From: Bdellovibrionales bacterium
GTDB taxonomy: Bacteria; Bdellovibrionota; Bdellovibrionia; Bdellovibrionales; UBA840
DNA length: 37,574 nt
Assembly (NCBI GenBank): GCA_037969075.1
Contig: JBBKWS010000058.1
Span: forward strand, 1-37,574
Direction of reading: 5' to 3'
The position numbers and the translations under genes were made by a program. The notes under the pieces were generated by a model. That model made no database searches and had not been told where the DNA came from. It was given only the letters and a program-made list of their open reading frames with translations. The first letter of the stretch is position 1, and each line of letters opens with the position of its first letter. Shown here in pieces: positions 1 through 9,674 of this stretch.

Positions 1-37
1 CGAGGAAGTATTACACTCAACGCAAACGGATGATTAA
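1..37 (+). CDS. gspE: 3' end of type II secretion ATPase GspE (partial)
   Basis: Frame from position 2 reads EEVLHSTQTDD-stop(35-37), resembling the GspE/PilB C-terminal EEVLRVT motif; lies immediately upstream of gspF. Confidence 0.7.
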   Translation, partial: EEVLHSTQTDD

Positions 38-39
38 TT

Positions 40-1260
40 ATGCCTCTATTTGAATATCGTGGCGTAGGCCCTGGCGGAAAAAATCTTCGAGGCACAATTG
101 ATGCCGATAACGAAAGAACCGCTCGAGTAAAATTAAAAAAAGAAGGCATCTTTTTACAAAGTTTGCGTAACCGCCAAAAAAGTATAAAAAAAGCCAATGC
201 CACCAACTCTAGTTTACAGCGCCAAGTATCTGTTGAAGATATGGCTCTGATGACTAGACAGCTCGCCACTTTATTAAAAGCAAATATTCCATTAGTTGAA
301 TGCCTAAGCGGAGTATCAGAACAATTAGAAAACCCACAATTAAAAGCTGTGATGACTGACATCAGGGATCAAGTAAACGAAGGTAGTTCGTTTTATAAGG
401 CATTAAGTAAGTACCCCAAAGTATTTAATACTATCTATATAAGTATGGCAGAGGCCGGTGAAGCCTCTGGAACACTAGACGTAATTTTAATGCGGCTAGC
501 AGAATTTACTGAAGCACAAAATGAACTTAGACAAAAAGTAGTTTCATCCATGATGTATCCTGTACTCATGATGGTTTTTACTTTAGGCGTTTTACTGATT
601 TTATTTATTTTCTTAATACCAAAGATCACAGCTATTTTTGATCAATTCCCCGAGCTTGTATTACCTTGGTATTCAAGAATGATTATCGATATCAGTGACT
701 TCTTAATAGAGTATTGGTTGTTTTTATTTATCGCAGTGAGCTCAATGGTCGCCATGTTTTTACGTTGGAAAGCTACCCCCAACGGTTCAGCACAGTGGGA
801 TACGATTTTATTAAAACTCCCGGTAATCGGTAAAATGACAAGAATGATCGCTGTAAGTAGATTCACACGCACCTTAAGCACACTGCTTACAGGTGGTGTA
901 CCCATGCTACAATCCATGGACATCGTAAAAAATGTGGTAAGTAACCATGTTTTAGAAAAAGCCATCATTGCCTCCCGTGATAACATCAGTGAAGGAGAAA
1001 ATATCTCTGGTCCTCTTAAAAAATCTGGGGAATTTCCGCCACTTGTAATACATATGATCAACATTGGTGAAAAAACGGGCGAACTAGAAGTGATGCTGAC
1101 GCAGGTCAGCGACGCCTATGACTTTCAAGTAAAGAACTCAGTTGAAGGCTTAACAAGCATTTTGCAGCCCGTAATGATAGTTTTTATGGGAATAGTTGTA
1201 GGAATCATAGTTTTAGCTATAATGGTTCCTATATTTCAGCTTCAAAATATTGCGCAATAA
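40..1260 (+). CDS. gspF: Type II secretion inner-membrane platform protein GspF
   Basis: MPLFEYRG start, TRQLATLLKANIPL, AGEASGTLD and GEKTGEL motifs, two GspF/PilC domains and three TM segments; followed by pseudopilins. Confidence 0.95.
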   Translation: MPLFEYRGVGPGGKNLRGTIDADNERTARVKLKKEGIFLQSLRNRQKSIKKANATNSSLQRQVSVEDMALMTRQLATLLKANIPLVECLSGVSEQLENPQLKAVMTDIRDQVNEGSSFYKALSKYPKVFNTIYISMAEAGEASGTLDVILMRLAEFTEAQNELRQKVVSSMMYPVLMMVFTLGVLLILFIFLIPKITAIFDQFPELVLPWYSRMIIDISDFLIEYWLFLFIAVSSMVAMFLRWKATPNGSAQWDTILLKLPVIGKMTRMIAVSRFTRTLSTLLTGGVPMLQSMDIVKNVVSNHVLEKAIIASRDNISEGENISGPLKKSGEFPPLVIHMINIGEKTGELEVMLTQVSDAYDFQVKNSVEGLTSILQPVMIVFMGIVVGIIVLAIMVPIFQLQNIAQ

Positions 1261-1273
1261 CAGGAGTTAATAC

Positions 1274-1708
1274 ATGAGAGCAAGACAACTACTTCGTAAC
1301 CAAGCCGGTATGACATTAATCGAAATCGTTATCGTTTTAGCCATTATCGTCGGTATGGTTTCACTATTTTCTGGGACGATTTTCGATACGTTTGGTAAGT
1401 CTCGAGTGAGCACTGTTAAAATTCAATTCTCTGAAATCAGTAAAGCTTTAGATCGCTACAACTTAGATTGTAACTCATACCCAACCACAGAAGAGGGATT
1501 GATCTCTTTAGTAGAGTCTAGCGCAAGATGCAAAAACTGGGGCCCTAAGCCTTATATGAAAAAGCAACTTCTTAATGATCCATGGGGCAATGAAATCATC
1601 TACGAAAGAACATCTAGTTCTGATTTTATATTGATCTCTTTGGGTGCCGATGGCAATGAAGGCGGAGAAGGTTTGGATGCCGACATCCGCTCTGATGCGC
1701 AAGAGTAA
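1274..1708 (+). CDS. gspG: Major pseudopilin GspG
   Basis: Prepilin site QAG|MTLIEI, YPTTEEGL, DPWGNE and the C-terminal SLGADGNEGGEGLDADI motif; SD AGGAG upstream. Confidence 0.93.
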   Translation: MRARQLLRNQAGMTLIEIVIVLAIIVGMVSLFSGTIFDTFGKSRVSTVKIQFSEISKALDRYNLDCNSYPTTEEGLISLVESSARCKNWGPKPYMKKQLLNDPWGNEIIYERTSSSDFILISLGADGNEGGEGLDADIRSDAQE

Positions 1709-2315
1709 GATTCACTTAATCAGTTCAAGCAACAAAGGTTTTACCCTACTAGAAGTGATGGTGGTTTTAGCCATCATCATTGGTATTGTTGGTTTAGCCA
1801 TCACTAATTTACAGCCTCCTAGTCGAAGTGTTCGAGCAGACATTCGAAATATCCTAGTCATCGCAAAGCGTTTGAACCAACAAGCACAGCTTGATGGTAA
1901 AATGTATAGAATCGTTTTTGATCTAAATGATGAGCAAGGCGTCTACTGGGTTGAGTCTGCCAATCGCAAAACAGCAGGCTCTGCAAAACCAAGCGCTACC
2001 CCATTTGGTGGTGGCTCTAACACAGACGAAAAAGACCCAAGAGATTTCGCGCTGGATGCGAGCATCTTAAAAAATAAAGTCAAATTACCTAAAGGGTTTC
2101 GCTTTCTAAAAATTATCTTGGTAGATCAAGATTTAGCTTTTGAACAAGGCAATGGTTTTGTGCACTTTTTTCCTCAAGGCCTTGCTGACTCTGCTATCAT
2201 TCAGATAGCCAATGAAGATGAGAGTTTTAGCTGGACTCTGGTGACAAATCCGCTAAGCGGGAATATCCAGCTGATTGACGGACTGTTTTCAGAAAAAGAT
2301 CTTATCCGTAAGTAG
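1695..2315 (+). CDS. gspH: Minor pseudopilin GspH (start probably ATG 1695, not 1644)
   Basis: NKG|FTLLEVMVVL prepilin site, typical FFPQG motif, position after gspG; ATG 1695 gives a short basic leader. Confidence 0.82.
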   Translation: MRKSKIHLISSSNKGFTLLEVMVVLAIIIGIVGLAITNLQPPSRSVRADIRNILVIAKRLNQQAQLDGKMYRIVFDLNDEQGVYWVESANRKTAGSAKPSATPFGGGSNTDEKDPRDFALDASILKNKVKLPKGFRFLKIILVDQDLAFEQGNGFVHFFPQGLADSAIIQIANEDESFSWTLVTNPLSGNIQLIDGLFSEKDLIRK

Positions 2316-2346
2316 ACATTAACCTTATTTTAAACCAAAATAAACT

Positions 2347-2835
2347 ATGTCCAATAAACGCTCTCAAGGTTTTACTTTAATTGAGGTCATGATAGCTCTG
2401 CTAATTTTGGCAGCCTCACTCACTGTGCTTAACACCTCCTCCTCTTCAAGCATTGCCAGTGTACAAAAAGCTGGAGCCTTAGAGACCATTGCACAGCTCC
2501 TACAACAAAAAGCCAGTGAATACGAACTAACGTATAAAGGTAAGAAATTTGAAGAACTAAAAGAGTCTGAAGCAGGTGACTTTGGCTCGGACTATCCTGA
2601 GTATCGCTGGGCAGTTCAGGTAGAAGATTTTCCAGCGCCTAATTTAGCTGGCATGGCTCAGCAAGAAGAAGGGCAAAATGAAATGCTTTTAACAATTTTA
2701 AATAAATTTTCTGAGCACTTACAAAAAGCAGCAAAAGAAGTAAAGGTCACTGTGTTTTGGAAACCCGGAGAGAAAGAACAAGAGTATTCGGTAACTTTTT
2801 TATTGGTTGATTATGAAACACCTATTGGGATCTAA
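2347..2835 (+). CDS. gspI: Minor pseudopilin GspI
   Basis: SQG|FTLIEVMIAL, YRW and VKVTVFW motifs; lies between gspH and gspJ. Confidence 0.82.
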   Translation: MSNKRSQGFTLIEVMIALLILAASLTVLNTSSSSSIASVQKAGALETIAQLLQQKASEYELTYKGKKFEELKESEAGDFGSDYPEYRWAVQVEDFPAPNLAGMAQQEEGQNEMLLTILNKFSEHLQKAAKEVKVTVFWKPGEKEQEYSVTFLLVDYETPIGI

Positions 2836-3709
2836 ATCTGGCTTTACTATCCTAGAGGTAGTCATCGCTATTACCATAATGGCAAGCCTTGCCTATCTAT
2901 CAGCAATTAGTATAAGCAATGCCATTACAGCAAAAACGCAGCTGCAAAATAGGATTGATGTATCTTCTGAAGTAAGAACCGCACTAAAAGTGATTGAAAA
3001 AGATGTCAAATCTGCATTTCATTACAATAATTTTAACTATGATCTTTTGATCCAGATCAAAAAAGATCAGGTCAAAGCAACAAATCCTAATCAAAATGAT
3101 GAAAACGCTCCCCCGCCTGCACCTGACCAGCCTGTTAAGCCAAATCAACCCAATGATGGGCCAACTAAAAAAACTGTTGTTAATTTAATTGATGACTACT
3201 TGTCAAAATATAAAAAAGCAACGGACCAATCGCAATTTTTAGGTGGAAAAGAAGTTTTAAACTTCACAAGTCTTAACCACGTAAGAAGATTTCAAGACGC
3301 GCAAGAAAGTGATCAAATGGAAGTCGGCTACTATTTGGCAGAGTGCAGAGAACTATTAAATGCAGAGAAGCGTAGCCAATGCCTTTGGCGCAGAGAAAGT
3401 CCCTTTATAGACAAAAATATTGAAGAAGGAGGAGGCACCTCAGTCTTAATGGAAAATGTAAAATCATTAACATTTCAATACAAGACTAAAAAAGAGATGG
3501 AAGATCCAGACACAGACTGGAGAGACTCATGGAGATCAGATGAATCAGGGGATGCTATTACAAGAGGAAAGTTTCCTGATGTTATAAAGGTTAGTATTGA
3601 AGCAGAAATAAAGGGACGAACTATTAAAAATATTATTGTTGTACCTATCGATTTTGTAAACAACAAGGAGACAAAGACAAATGCCCCCGCACAAAATCCA
3701 GTCCGATAA
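2813..3709 (+). CDS. gspJ: Minor pseudopilin GspJ
   Basis: KSG|FTILEVVIA, EVGYYL, LWRRE, W-x-x-x-W and P-x-x-I-x-V-x-I C-terminal pattern; ATG at 2813 (the track start 2807 is TTG). Confidence 0.85.
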   Translation: MKHLLGSKSGFTILEVVIAITIMASLAYLSAISISNAITAKTQLQNRIDVSSEVRTALKVIEKDVKSAFHYNNFNYDLLIQIKKDQVKATNPNQNDENAPPPAPDQPVKPNQPNDGPTKKTVVNLIDDYLSKYKKATDQSQFLGGKEVLNFTSLNHVRRFQDAQESDQMEVGYYLAECRELLNAEKRSQCLWRRESPFIDKNIEEGGGTSVLMENVKSLTFQYKTKKEMEDPDTDWRDSWRSDESGDAITRGKFPDVIKVSIEAEIKGRTIKNIIVVPIDFVNNKETKTNAPAQNPVR

Positions 3710-4937
3710 CCAAGGAGTGGCACTTCTCACAGCCCTATTTGCTGTGATCATTATCTCTTATTTGTCCGTAGAAATTAGCTATGAAGCTGGTATAGAATAC
3801 CGTCTTGCCAAAAATAAAATCGATGAAATAAAAGCTAGCTATGCTGCAAAATCAGGAGCTGAGCTAAGCCTTCTTAGAATTGCCATTTATAAGCAAGTCT
3901 CAGCGCAGTTTGGAGAGCAAATTCCAGATCCCAAACTTTTAGATATGATTTGGAACTTTCCTTTCGCCTGGCCTCCAGCTGTTGGTGAGGATGCTAGCAT
4001 GGGTACAAAAGAAGAAATCAATACCATCCGAGAAGACACTATGCAGGATGCCATGTGGTCGACAGACATTCGAAGTGAAAGTACAAAGTTTGACATTAAT
4101 GACTTAAACTCGCCAGTAGAAAGCTTGCAAAAAGCCATCCGAGAAAAGCTCATAACGCTTTTACAAAACAAGCTAGACAAAGAAGATGCCTGGGCCGAAA
4201 GAAATCGTGATATTAGAGTGGATGAGATTGTAAACAATATTATTGATTGGGTGGATTCGGATACAGAATCTTTAAATGGCGGCGATGAAGGAAGAAATTA
4301 TCAAAATGTTGTCCCAGAAGGCTCTGATGCCACACTTCCGCCAAATAGAGATTTCAAAACACTTGAAGAGCTTCATATGGTAGATGGAATTACTGATGAT
4401 ATCTACGATGTCATCGCACCTGTAGTTACCATTTACGGAGCAAAAGGAGTCAATGTTAATTATGCCGAATCTGATTTAATACGCGCCATTGATCCGCAAA
4501 TCACTGAAGAGATAGCAGGAGAAATTATCAGCAGAAGAAAAAATCCTGACACTGGCCCATTTAAAGACCTTGAAGATTTTGAGGGATTTATTAAAGGCCT
4601 TGGTGTGAATACATCTACATACAACGAAAATAAACTCCCGCTACGATTTAAAAAAGAGTTCAACTTTCGAATCAGTAGCATTGGCTCGTTTGGCAATCAA
4701 ACCAAAGAGATCATCGCCATTGTTTATGATGTCACCAATGCAAAAGCTGAAATCACAAAATTATTAGAAGAACAATTAAAACAGGGAGCAGAACCAGAGG
4801 ATGGCGGTGATGATGACGATTCGTCAAAACCTCCAAATAATACGACTCCTGCGAACAATCAGCCAAAAGATGATAAGGATAAAAAAGACAGCTTTGATAA
4901 AGGTCGCCCTACCATTCTATATTGGAAGGAATCCTAG
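3681..4937 (+). CDS. gspK: Minor pseudopilin GspK
   Basis: QG|VALLTAL site lacking E5 (typical of GspK), K-x-DIN-x-L, IIDWVDSD, EELHMVDGI and VNVNYA motifs. Confidence 0.92.
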   Translation: MPPHKIQSDNQGVALLTALFAVIIISYLSVEISYEAGIEYRLAKNKIDEIKASYAAKSGAELSLLRIAIYKQVSAQFGEQIPDPKLLDMIWNFPFAWPPAVGEDASMGTKEEINTIREDTMQDAMWSTDIRSESTKFDINDLNSPVESLQKAIREKLITLLQNKLDKEDAWAERNRDIRVDEIVNNIIDWVDSDTESLNGGDEGRNYQNVVPEGSDATLPPNRDFKTLEELHMVDGITDDIYDVIAPVVTIYGAKGVNVNYAESDLIRAIDPQITEEIAGEIISRRKNPDTGPFKDLEDFEGFIKGLGVNTSTYNENKLPLRFKKEFNFRISSIGSFGNQTKEIIAIVYDVTNAKAEITKLLEEQLKQGAEPEDGGDDDDSSKPPNNTTPANNQPKDDKDKKDSFDKGRPTILYWKES

Positions 4938-4959
4938 ACTATCGTCGAAAGACATTTTC

Positions 4960-4988
4960 TTGTCCATATGTGCTCATCCAGATATACT
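4960..4988 (+). promoter_or_regulatory. Putative internal sigma70 promoter for gspL-M-N
   Basis: TTGTCC(4960-4965)-N17-TATACT(4983-4988) in the 72-bp gspK-gspL gap. Confidence 0.45.
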
Positions 4989-5009
4989 TAAAGCAACCAG
5001 GGAAGGTGT

Positions 5010-6653
5010 ATGCGCAGCATAGGAATTGACATCGGCACCTATAGTATAAAATACGCTGAAATTGAATACAGCAATAAGAGCTATAGTTTAAAATCATTTC
5101 ATGAATTCATTTTACCGCAGGACCCAACTGTTGACCCTCATGTACATATCGTAGATGCATTAAAAAAAATAGCCGATAAGTATGATACAGATTTAGATCG
5201 CTTCGTATTAGGAATTAGACAAGAGTATGTCTGCAACAGGGTGCTTAATTTTCCTTTTAAACAAAAATTTAAAATTGAAAAATCAATCGGCTTTGAATTA
5301 GAAGACGACCTTCCTTTTGATATCGAAGATGCCATTATCTCTCCAAAAATCGTACAAACATCAGGTGAAGCTTCTTCAGTCATGGCGTTTGCTGCTCTCA
5401 AAGCAAATATTGCTGCGATCATTAAGATCTGTAACGATGTAGGCATAGACCCTGACATCGTAAGTTGTGAAGGTGCGGCTCTTAGTAATTTTTTTGAAAT
5501 TTGGTCCGAAGCACCAAAAGATCAAATCATCGACTTAGCCAACATCGAACAGACCGAATGCATAGTTACCATTTACTTGGGACATTCTAAAAGCTTGATG
5601 GCCGTACACCATAAACATCAGCTGATAGCCTTAAGAAGCATTCACTTCGGTGGCTTAGAGATAGCCCAAGCCATATCAAAGAAATATAACATATCAATCA
5701 TTGAGTCTTTAAAAACACTACAAGAAAAAGCTTTTATCCTTACTTCACAAAAAAATGTTAGCCAAGACCAGATCACTTTCTCTAATCTTATTGCCTCAAG
5801 CGTTGATACAATGGCAACCGAAGTTAAAAGGCATTTGATCTCAATTGAGGCCGAAAAGAATATCCGTGTTACACAAATATTTATTACTGGTGGAACATCA
5901 AAAATAATGAACCTATGTCAGCATTTAACACAATGTTTTATATTGCCAGTCAACCTGATGGAGTTTGATGAGAGGTTAAAGGCTTCACCAATACAAGTGC
6001 CAAAAGAAAAGTTTCATAACGCTCTTATATCCGTAGGACTTGCCATCGAAGGCCTTCGACCAAACAAAAACCCTCCTATTCAATTTAGAAAACTAGAGTT
6101 AGCAAAACAAAGTCAAACTTTGCATATATTTGTAGAAAAATGGGGAAGTACTTTAAAAACCATGGCTGCCCTACTTGTAATACTATTTATATATACCCTT
6201 ACAAAGAGCATTGTTACAGATCAGATGCAGGCATTTTCTAATCAAAAATTAAAGGCGCAAGCGTCTAAAATTGGTTTAAAAGGCAGAGAGGCCACCACAA
6301 ATGCAATCCAACGCTATATTAGAAATCAAAGAAATGACTTAAAAGCTAAAGAAATGATTTCGGATCTACAAAAGATCAACTCTCCCCTTGATATCATGTT
6401 GACCCTTAGTAAAACGGTGCCTGCAGCCAACTCTATTACTTTAGATGTTAGAAAATTTTCTATCAAAGAAAATATTTTAAAGCTAGAGGGTCATGTTGAT
6501 AACCAACAGCAAATCAATGTTTTGAAATCAGCTCTCAGCTCTATTAATCTCAATAAGACTTTACAGACGCCGCCTTTCTCCATAGCTAGAGAATCAAGCA
6601 AGCAACCATTTTCGTACGAATTAAAAGTAAAACGTAATGTAGGAGATCTGTAA
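5010..6653 (+). CDS. gspL: GspL, PilM-like actin-fold cytoplasmic domain fused to TM and PilN-like periplasmic domain
   Basis: IGIDIGTYSIK, HFGG and ITGGTS actin-fold motifs, one TM near aa 385-400, LKLEG ferredoxin-like C-terminus; position between gspK and gspM. Confidence 0.8.
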   Translation: MRSIGIDIGTYSIKYAEIEYSNKSYSLKSFHEFILPQDPTVDPHVHIVDALKKIADKYDTDLDRFVLGIRQEYVCNRVLNFPFKQKFKIEKSIGFELEDDLPFDIEDAIISPKIVQTSGEASSVMAFAALKANIAAIIKICNDVGIDPDIVSCEGAALSNFFEIWSEAPKDQIIDLANIEQTECIVTIYLGHSKSLMAVHHKHQLIALRSIHFGGLEIAQAISKKYNISIIESLKTLQEKAFILTSQKNVSQDQITFSNLIASSVDTMATEVKRHLISIEAEKNIRVTQIFITGGTSKIMNLCQHLTQCFILPVNLMEFDERLKASPIQVPKEKFHNALISVGLAIEGLRPNKNPPIQFRKLELAKQSQTLHIFVEKWGSTLKTMAALLVILFIYTLTKSIVTDQMQAFSNQKLKAQASKIGLKGREATTNAIQRYIRNQRNDLKAKEMISDLQKINSPLDIMLTLSKTVPAANSITLDVRKFSIKENILKLEGHVDNQQQINVLKSALSSINLNKTLQTPPFSIARESSKQPFSYELKVKRNVGDL

Positions 6654-7288
6654 TGCGTTTTGACGATATCAAAGAACAAATCATAGAGTCAGCAAAGTTT
6701 TATACTGAAAAAGTTAAAGAATCCTCTGTATTTATCCAAGCGCAAGAAAAATATGAAGAATTAAATCCCAATGTGCAGAAGTTAATTCGCTACGGTGCTG
6801 TGTTTTTATTGGTTTATTTTATATTTAGTTTTCCTCTCTCTTGGAACAATCAGGCAAAAGACAATTTAGCCAAATATCAAAAGAACCGCGGGCTTATCGA
6901 GGACCTCTTAAATATACAGACTGAGATTAAAAATGCTCCTGATGTAAAAACCAAAATCGATGCCAATGTCTTACAAACGCAAACGAGTGAGATGATCGAA
7001 AAAGTTGGGTTAGCTAAAGAGCAAGTTACTTCCTCAAGCATTGTTACTAGTGCGCAAAGAGAGTTTACCTTTATTCCTAAAGATATAAACTATGTTGGCG
7101 TGCAAATTGTTTTAAGTAAACTTAATCTTACCCAGATTCTTGATATCGGAACGAAACTACAAAATCTCAATACTGATGCTAAACTTATCGAGTTAAGCAT
7201 GAACGCAAATAAGGATGATAATCACTACTACGATGTTACCTACTTACTAGCCAGCTTCACGGGCGCCGAGGCAGGAAGCAATGAATAA
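6653..7288 (+). CDS. gspM: GspM-like inner-membrane protein
   Basis: YEELNPNVQKL (resembles W-x-x-L-x-x-RE) + TM + coiled coil + ferredoxin-like domain; start overlaps the gspL stop (TAATG). Confidence 0.7.
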   Translation: MRFDDIKEQIIESAKFYTEKVKESSVFIQAQEKYEELNPNVQKLIRYGAVFLLVYFIFSFPLSWNNQAKDNLAKYQKNRGLIEDLLNIQTEIKNAPDVKTKIDANVLQTQTSEMIEKVGLAKEQVTSSSIVTSAQREFTFIPKDINYVGVQIVLSKLNLTQILDIGTKLQNLNTDAKLIELSMNANKDDNHYYDVTYLLASFTGAEAGSNE

Positions 7289-8231
7289 GGTTATCTTAAA
7301 AAAATCTCTGTCCATCTTTTTAAAAATTGTTTTACCATGTTTTATTGTATTTAGCTTTATCTTGTTTCCGATCAATGATCTAAGAGGTATAATCAGTCAA
7401 AAAATTTCTCAAGCGACACAAAATCAAGTTTCCTTGGACTTTTCTGAAATGAATTTAAATTTTTTACCAAAACCATCTTTAGAATTAGAAAAAGTAAGTT
7501 TATCTACGCCGCAATTTTCGACATTAAAAATGTCTAGCCTACAAATTTCACCTTCTATTTTAGGTCTAATTACTTTAAAACCTGGAGTCACTCTTTTCGG
7601 TGAAAACTTATTTGGTGGGAACTTTGATTTTAGCTTGCGTTCAGGAGCTAACAATAGCAAGTCACAAACAAAACAAATCATTCAACTCTCGGCACAAAAT
7701 TTAGCTATCGATGAGTTATTACAGTTCTTAAGCTTAGGGTTTAAGGGCAGCGGAAATTTACAAATCAATCTTGATTCTACCCTAGATCCAGCAGGGCAAG
7801 AAACCGAAGCTAGCATTAAAATAGATTCTAGAGATATCAATTTGCCCGAGAACAATGTTCCCACGCAGTATGGCGCGGTCACTTTGCCTCCAGCCAAAAT
7901 TAGTGTCTTACAACTTGAGGGTGAATTAAAAAAGAACAAGCTTCGAATCACCAAAGGCAGTATCGGAAAAGACGGCGATACCCTTACCGGGAGCATTGAA
8001 GGAACTATTGATGTCCGTGTAATGGCAGGCCCTCAAGGACCGCAAGTTGTCCCAACTGGTTACGATTTAATTGTCCGCTTACGTCTACAAAATACATTTT
8101 TGGATGCGTTTACACTTAAGCCTGTTATTGAGAACTTTAGATCTTCTCAATCTGGTAAAGATTCGGTTTTCAATCTATCTCTTAGTGCCACTAGTATGCG
8201 CTCGCCTCCAACCATTACTAAGATACAATAA
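7281..8231 (+). CDS. gspN: Type II secretion protein GspN
   Basis: N-terminal TM ending LFP, then a beta-rich AsmA-like body; last gene of the gsp operon. Confidence 0.75.
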   Translation: MNKVILKKSLSIFLKIVLPCFIVFSFILFPINDLRGIISQKISQATQNQVSLDFSEMNLNFLPKPSLELEKVSLSTPQFSTLKMSSLQISPSILGLITLKPGVTLFGENLFGGNFDFSLRSGANNSKSQTKQIIQLSAQNLAIDELLQFLSLGFKGSGNLQINLDSTLDPAGQETEASIKIDSRDINLPENNVPTQYGAVTLPPAKISVLQLEGELKKNKLRITKGSIGKDGDTLTGSIEGTIDVRVMAGPQGPQVVPTGYDLIVRLRLQNTFLDAFTLKPVIENFRSSQSGKDSVFNLSLSATSMRSPPTITKIQ

Positions 8232-8357
8232 GCAGCTTTTTCACTCTTCCTTTTGTATCCCAGAAGTAAAGTTTTCAATGTTCACTTTTTAAATTTAGAT
8301 CAATTTAAACCCTGCTATTACTCCATATAGTAAATTCAAATACTATGGGGGAATTCG

Positions 8358-8915
8358 ATGAAAACTACACTGCTTATCACGCTTGCTTTTTTTGCCGCAG
8401 GAATTGCGCAAGGGAATGACATATTACAAAACTGTTATGCAACTAACACTACCGAATTTTTTGTTAATAAATTAGAAGATATTGCTACTGATAAAGAGAC
8501 CGCGGTATTACTTCTAAATGATAAAAAAGAAATCGTTGGCGTGATGTCCGTTTCTCCTGAAAGAGCAGAAAAATATCCGCATCAAGCCTCTAGCGTAACT
8601 GTAAACTCAATCACTCTTTGTTCTACCCTAGCTGTTGATGATTTTTATTATGCTGACGATGGTTTACTCGATTGGGCGACAAAAGAAAGCGTAAGTATCT
8701 CTCAGGACGAAGGGCTTTTGATGCTCACAGCCGTGGTAGTTGAAAAAGGTCGTTACGCTACTTTGTATAAGGCAAGCTTCAATGCCTACGACGTATTTAG
8801 TGAAGACGATGAGGTTACAGTCGGAGAGGGTCAACCAAACTTTATTGACGACTGGGGTTTACCTAAAGGACAAGGAAACTTCTATTTTTATTTGCCAGCA
8901 AACTGGTCTAAATAA
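8358..8915 (+). CDS. Hypothetical secreted acidic protein
   Basis: Signal peptide MKTTLLITLAFFAAGIAQG, GGGGGA SD, two Cys; no family recognised. Confidence 0.75.
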   Translation: MKTTLLITLAFFAAGIAQGNDILQNCYATNTTEFFVNKLEDIATDKETAVLLLNDKKEIVGVMSVSPERAEKYPHQASSVTVNSITLCSTLAVDDFYYADDGLLDWATKESVSISQDEGLLMLTAVVVEKGRYATLYKASFNAYDVFSEDDEVTVGEGQPNFIDDWGLPKGQGNFYFYLPANWSK

Positions 8916-8991
8916 TCATTTAAAGATTGGCCGTATGCTTAGAAGCATTGCTTCACAGGCCAATCTGTAGATTTCAAAAAACCCTGTATTT

Positions 8992-9018
8992 TCAGGCCTC
9001 CACTTGCCTGATTTTTTT
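8992..9018 (+). terminator. Rho-independent terminator after ORF 8358-8915
   Basis: TCAGGC-ctccactt-GCCTGA followed by T7. Confidence 0.6.
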
Positions 9019-9109
9019 ATCCATTTTTATCCGAGCACTTTTCTGACAAAACCCATTGACCTCCTACACCTCATAAGGTCATATCTACTCTTTTATAGGG
9101 GAGATAAAT

Positions 9110-9541
9110 ATGTCTGGAGTAAATAAAGTCATTATAATAGGTCGTTTAGGAAATGATCCTGAGCTAAAGCAAACAACTGGTGGCCAAAGTGTTTGTACTT
9201 TAAGCATTGCTACTAGCGAAGCTTGGAAAGATCAAAATGGGCAAAAACAAGAGAGAACTGAATGGCACCGTGTTGTCGTTTGGGGTAAATCTGGAGAAAA
9301 TTGCGCCAAGTATTTAAGCAAAGGTCGCCAAGCTTATGTGGAAGGTCGCTTGCAAACCAGATCTTGGGAAGACCAAAGTGGACAAAAAAAATATTCTACC
9401 GAAATCGTAGCTACCACTGTTCAATTTTTAGGAGGAGGCGCGAATGCTTCTGACTCTCAAGGAGCAACTTCTGGAAATAATAGTAATCATGATTTTACTC
9501 CTGAGCCATTTTTTGATGCAAACGAAGACGTTCCGTTCTAA
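9110..9541 (+). CDS. ssb: Single-stranded DNA-binding protein
   Basis: [33 protein letters not shown] and acidic tail DVPF. Confidence 0.98.
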   Translation: MSGVNKVIIIGRLGNDPELKQTTGGQSVCTLSIATSEAWKDQNGQKQERTEWHRVVVWGKSGENCAKYLSKGRQAYVEGRLQTRSWEDQSGQKKYSTEIVATTVQFLGGGANASDSQGATSGNNSNHDFTPEPFFDANEDVPF

Positions 9542-9571
9542 TTGCAAAATATCTGAAAATGTAAGCATATC

Positions 9572-9596
9572 AAAGGGGACGAATAGTCCCCTTTTT
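9572..9596 (+). terminator. Rho-independent terminator of ssb
   Basis: AAAGGGGAC-gaata-GTCCCCTTTTT. Confidence 0.85.
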
Positions 9597-9657
9597 CATG
9601 GAGTAGTATCTTAAGGACACCACTTACTGCGTAATAAGGACCTAGAACTTAGTTGGG

Positions 9658-9674
9658 CTGGTACAGTCTTTGCC
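9658..9674 (+). promoter_or_regulatory. Putative sigma54 (-24/-12) promoter of ORF 9724
   Basis: CTGGTACAGTCTTTGC: GG-N10-GC matching TGGCAC-N5-TTGC with one mismatch, about 50 bp before the ATG. Confidence 0.55.

Noticed and set aside
40..8231. Type IV pilus operon
   Set aside because: GspG and GspK signatures and the F-G-H-I-J-K-L-M-N order indicate T2SS despite the PilM-like GspL.
9057..9081. TGACCT-N13-AGGTCA dyad upstream of ssb as an SOS box
   Set aside because: Single short dyad overlapping a possible -35 box; matches no LexA motif I can support.
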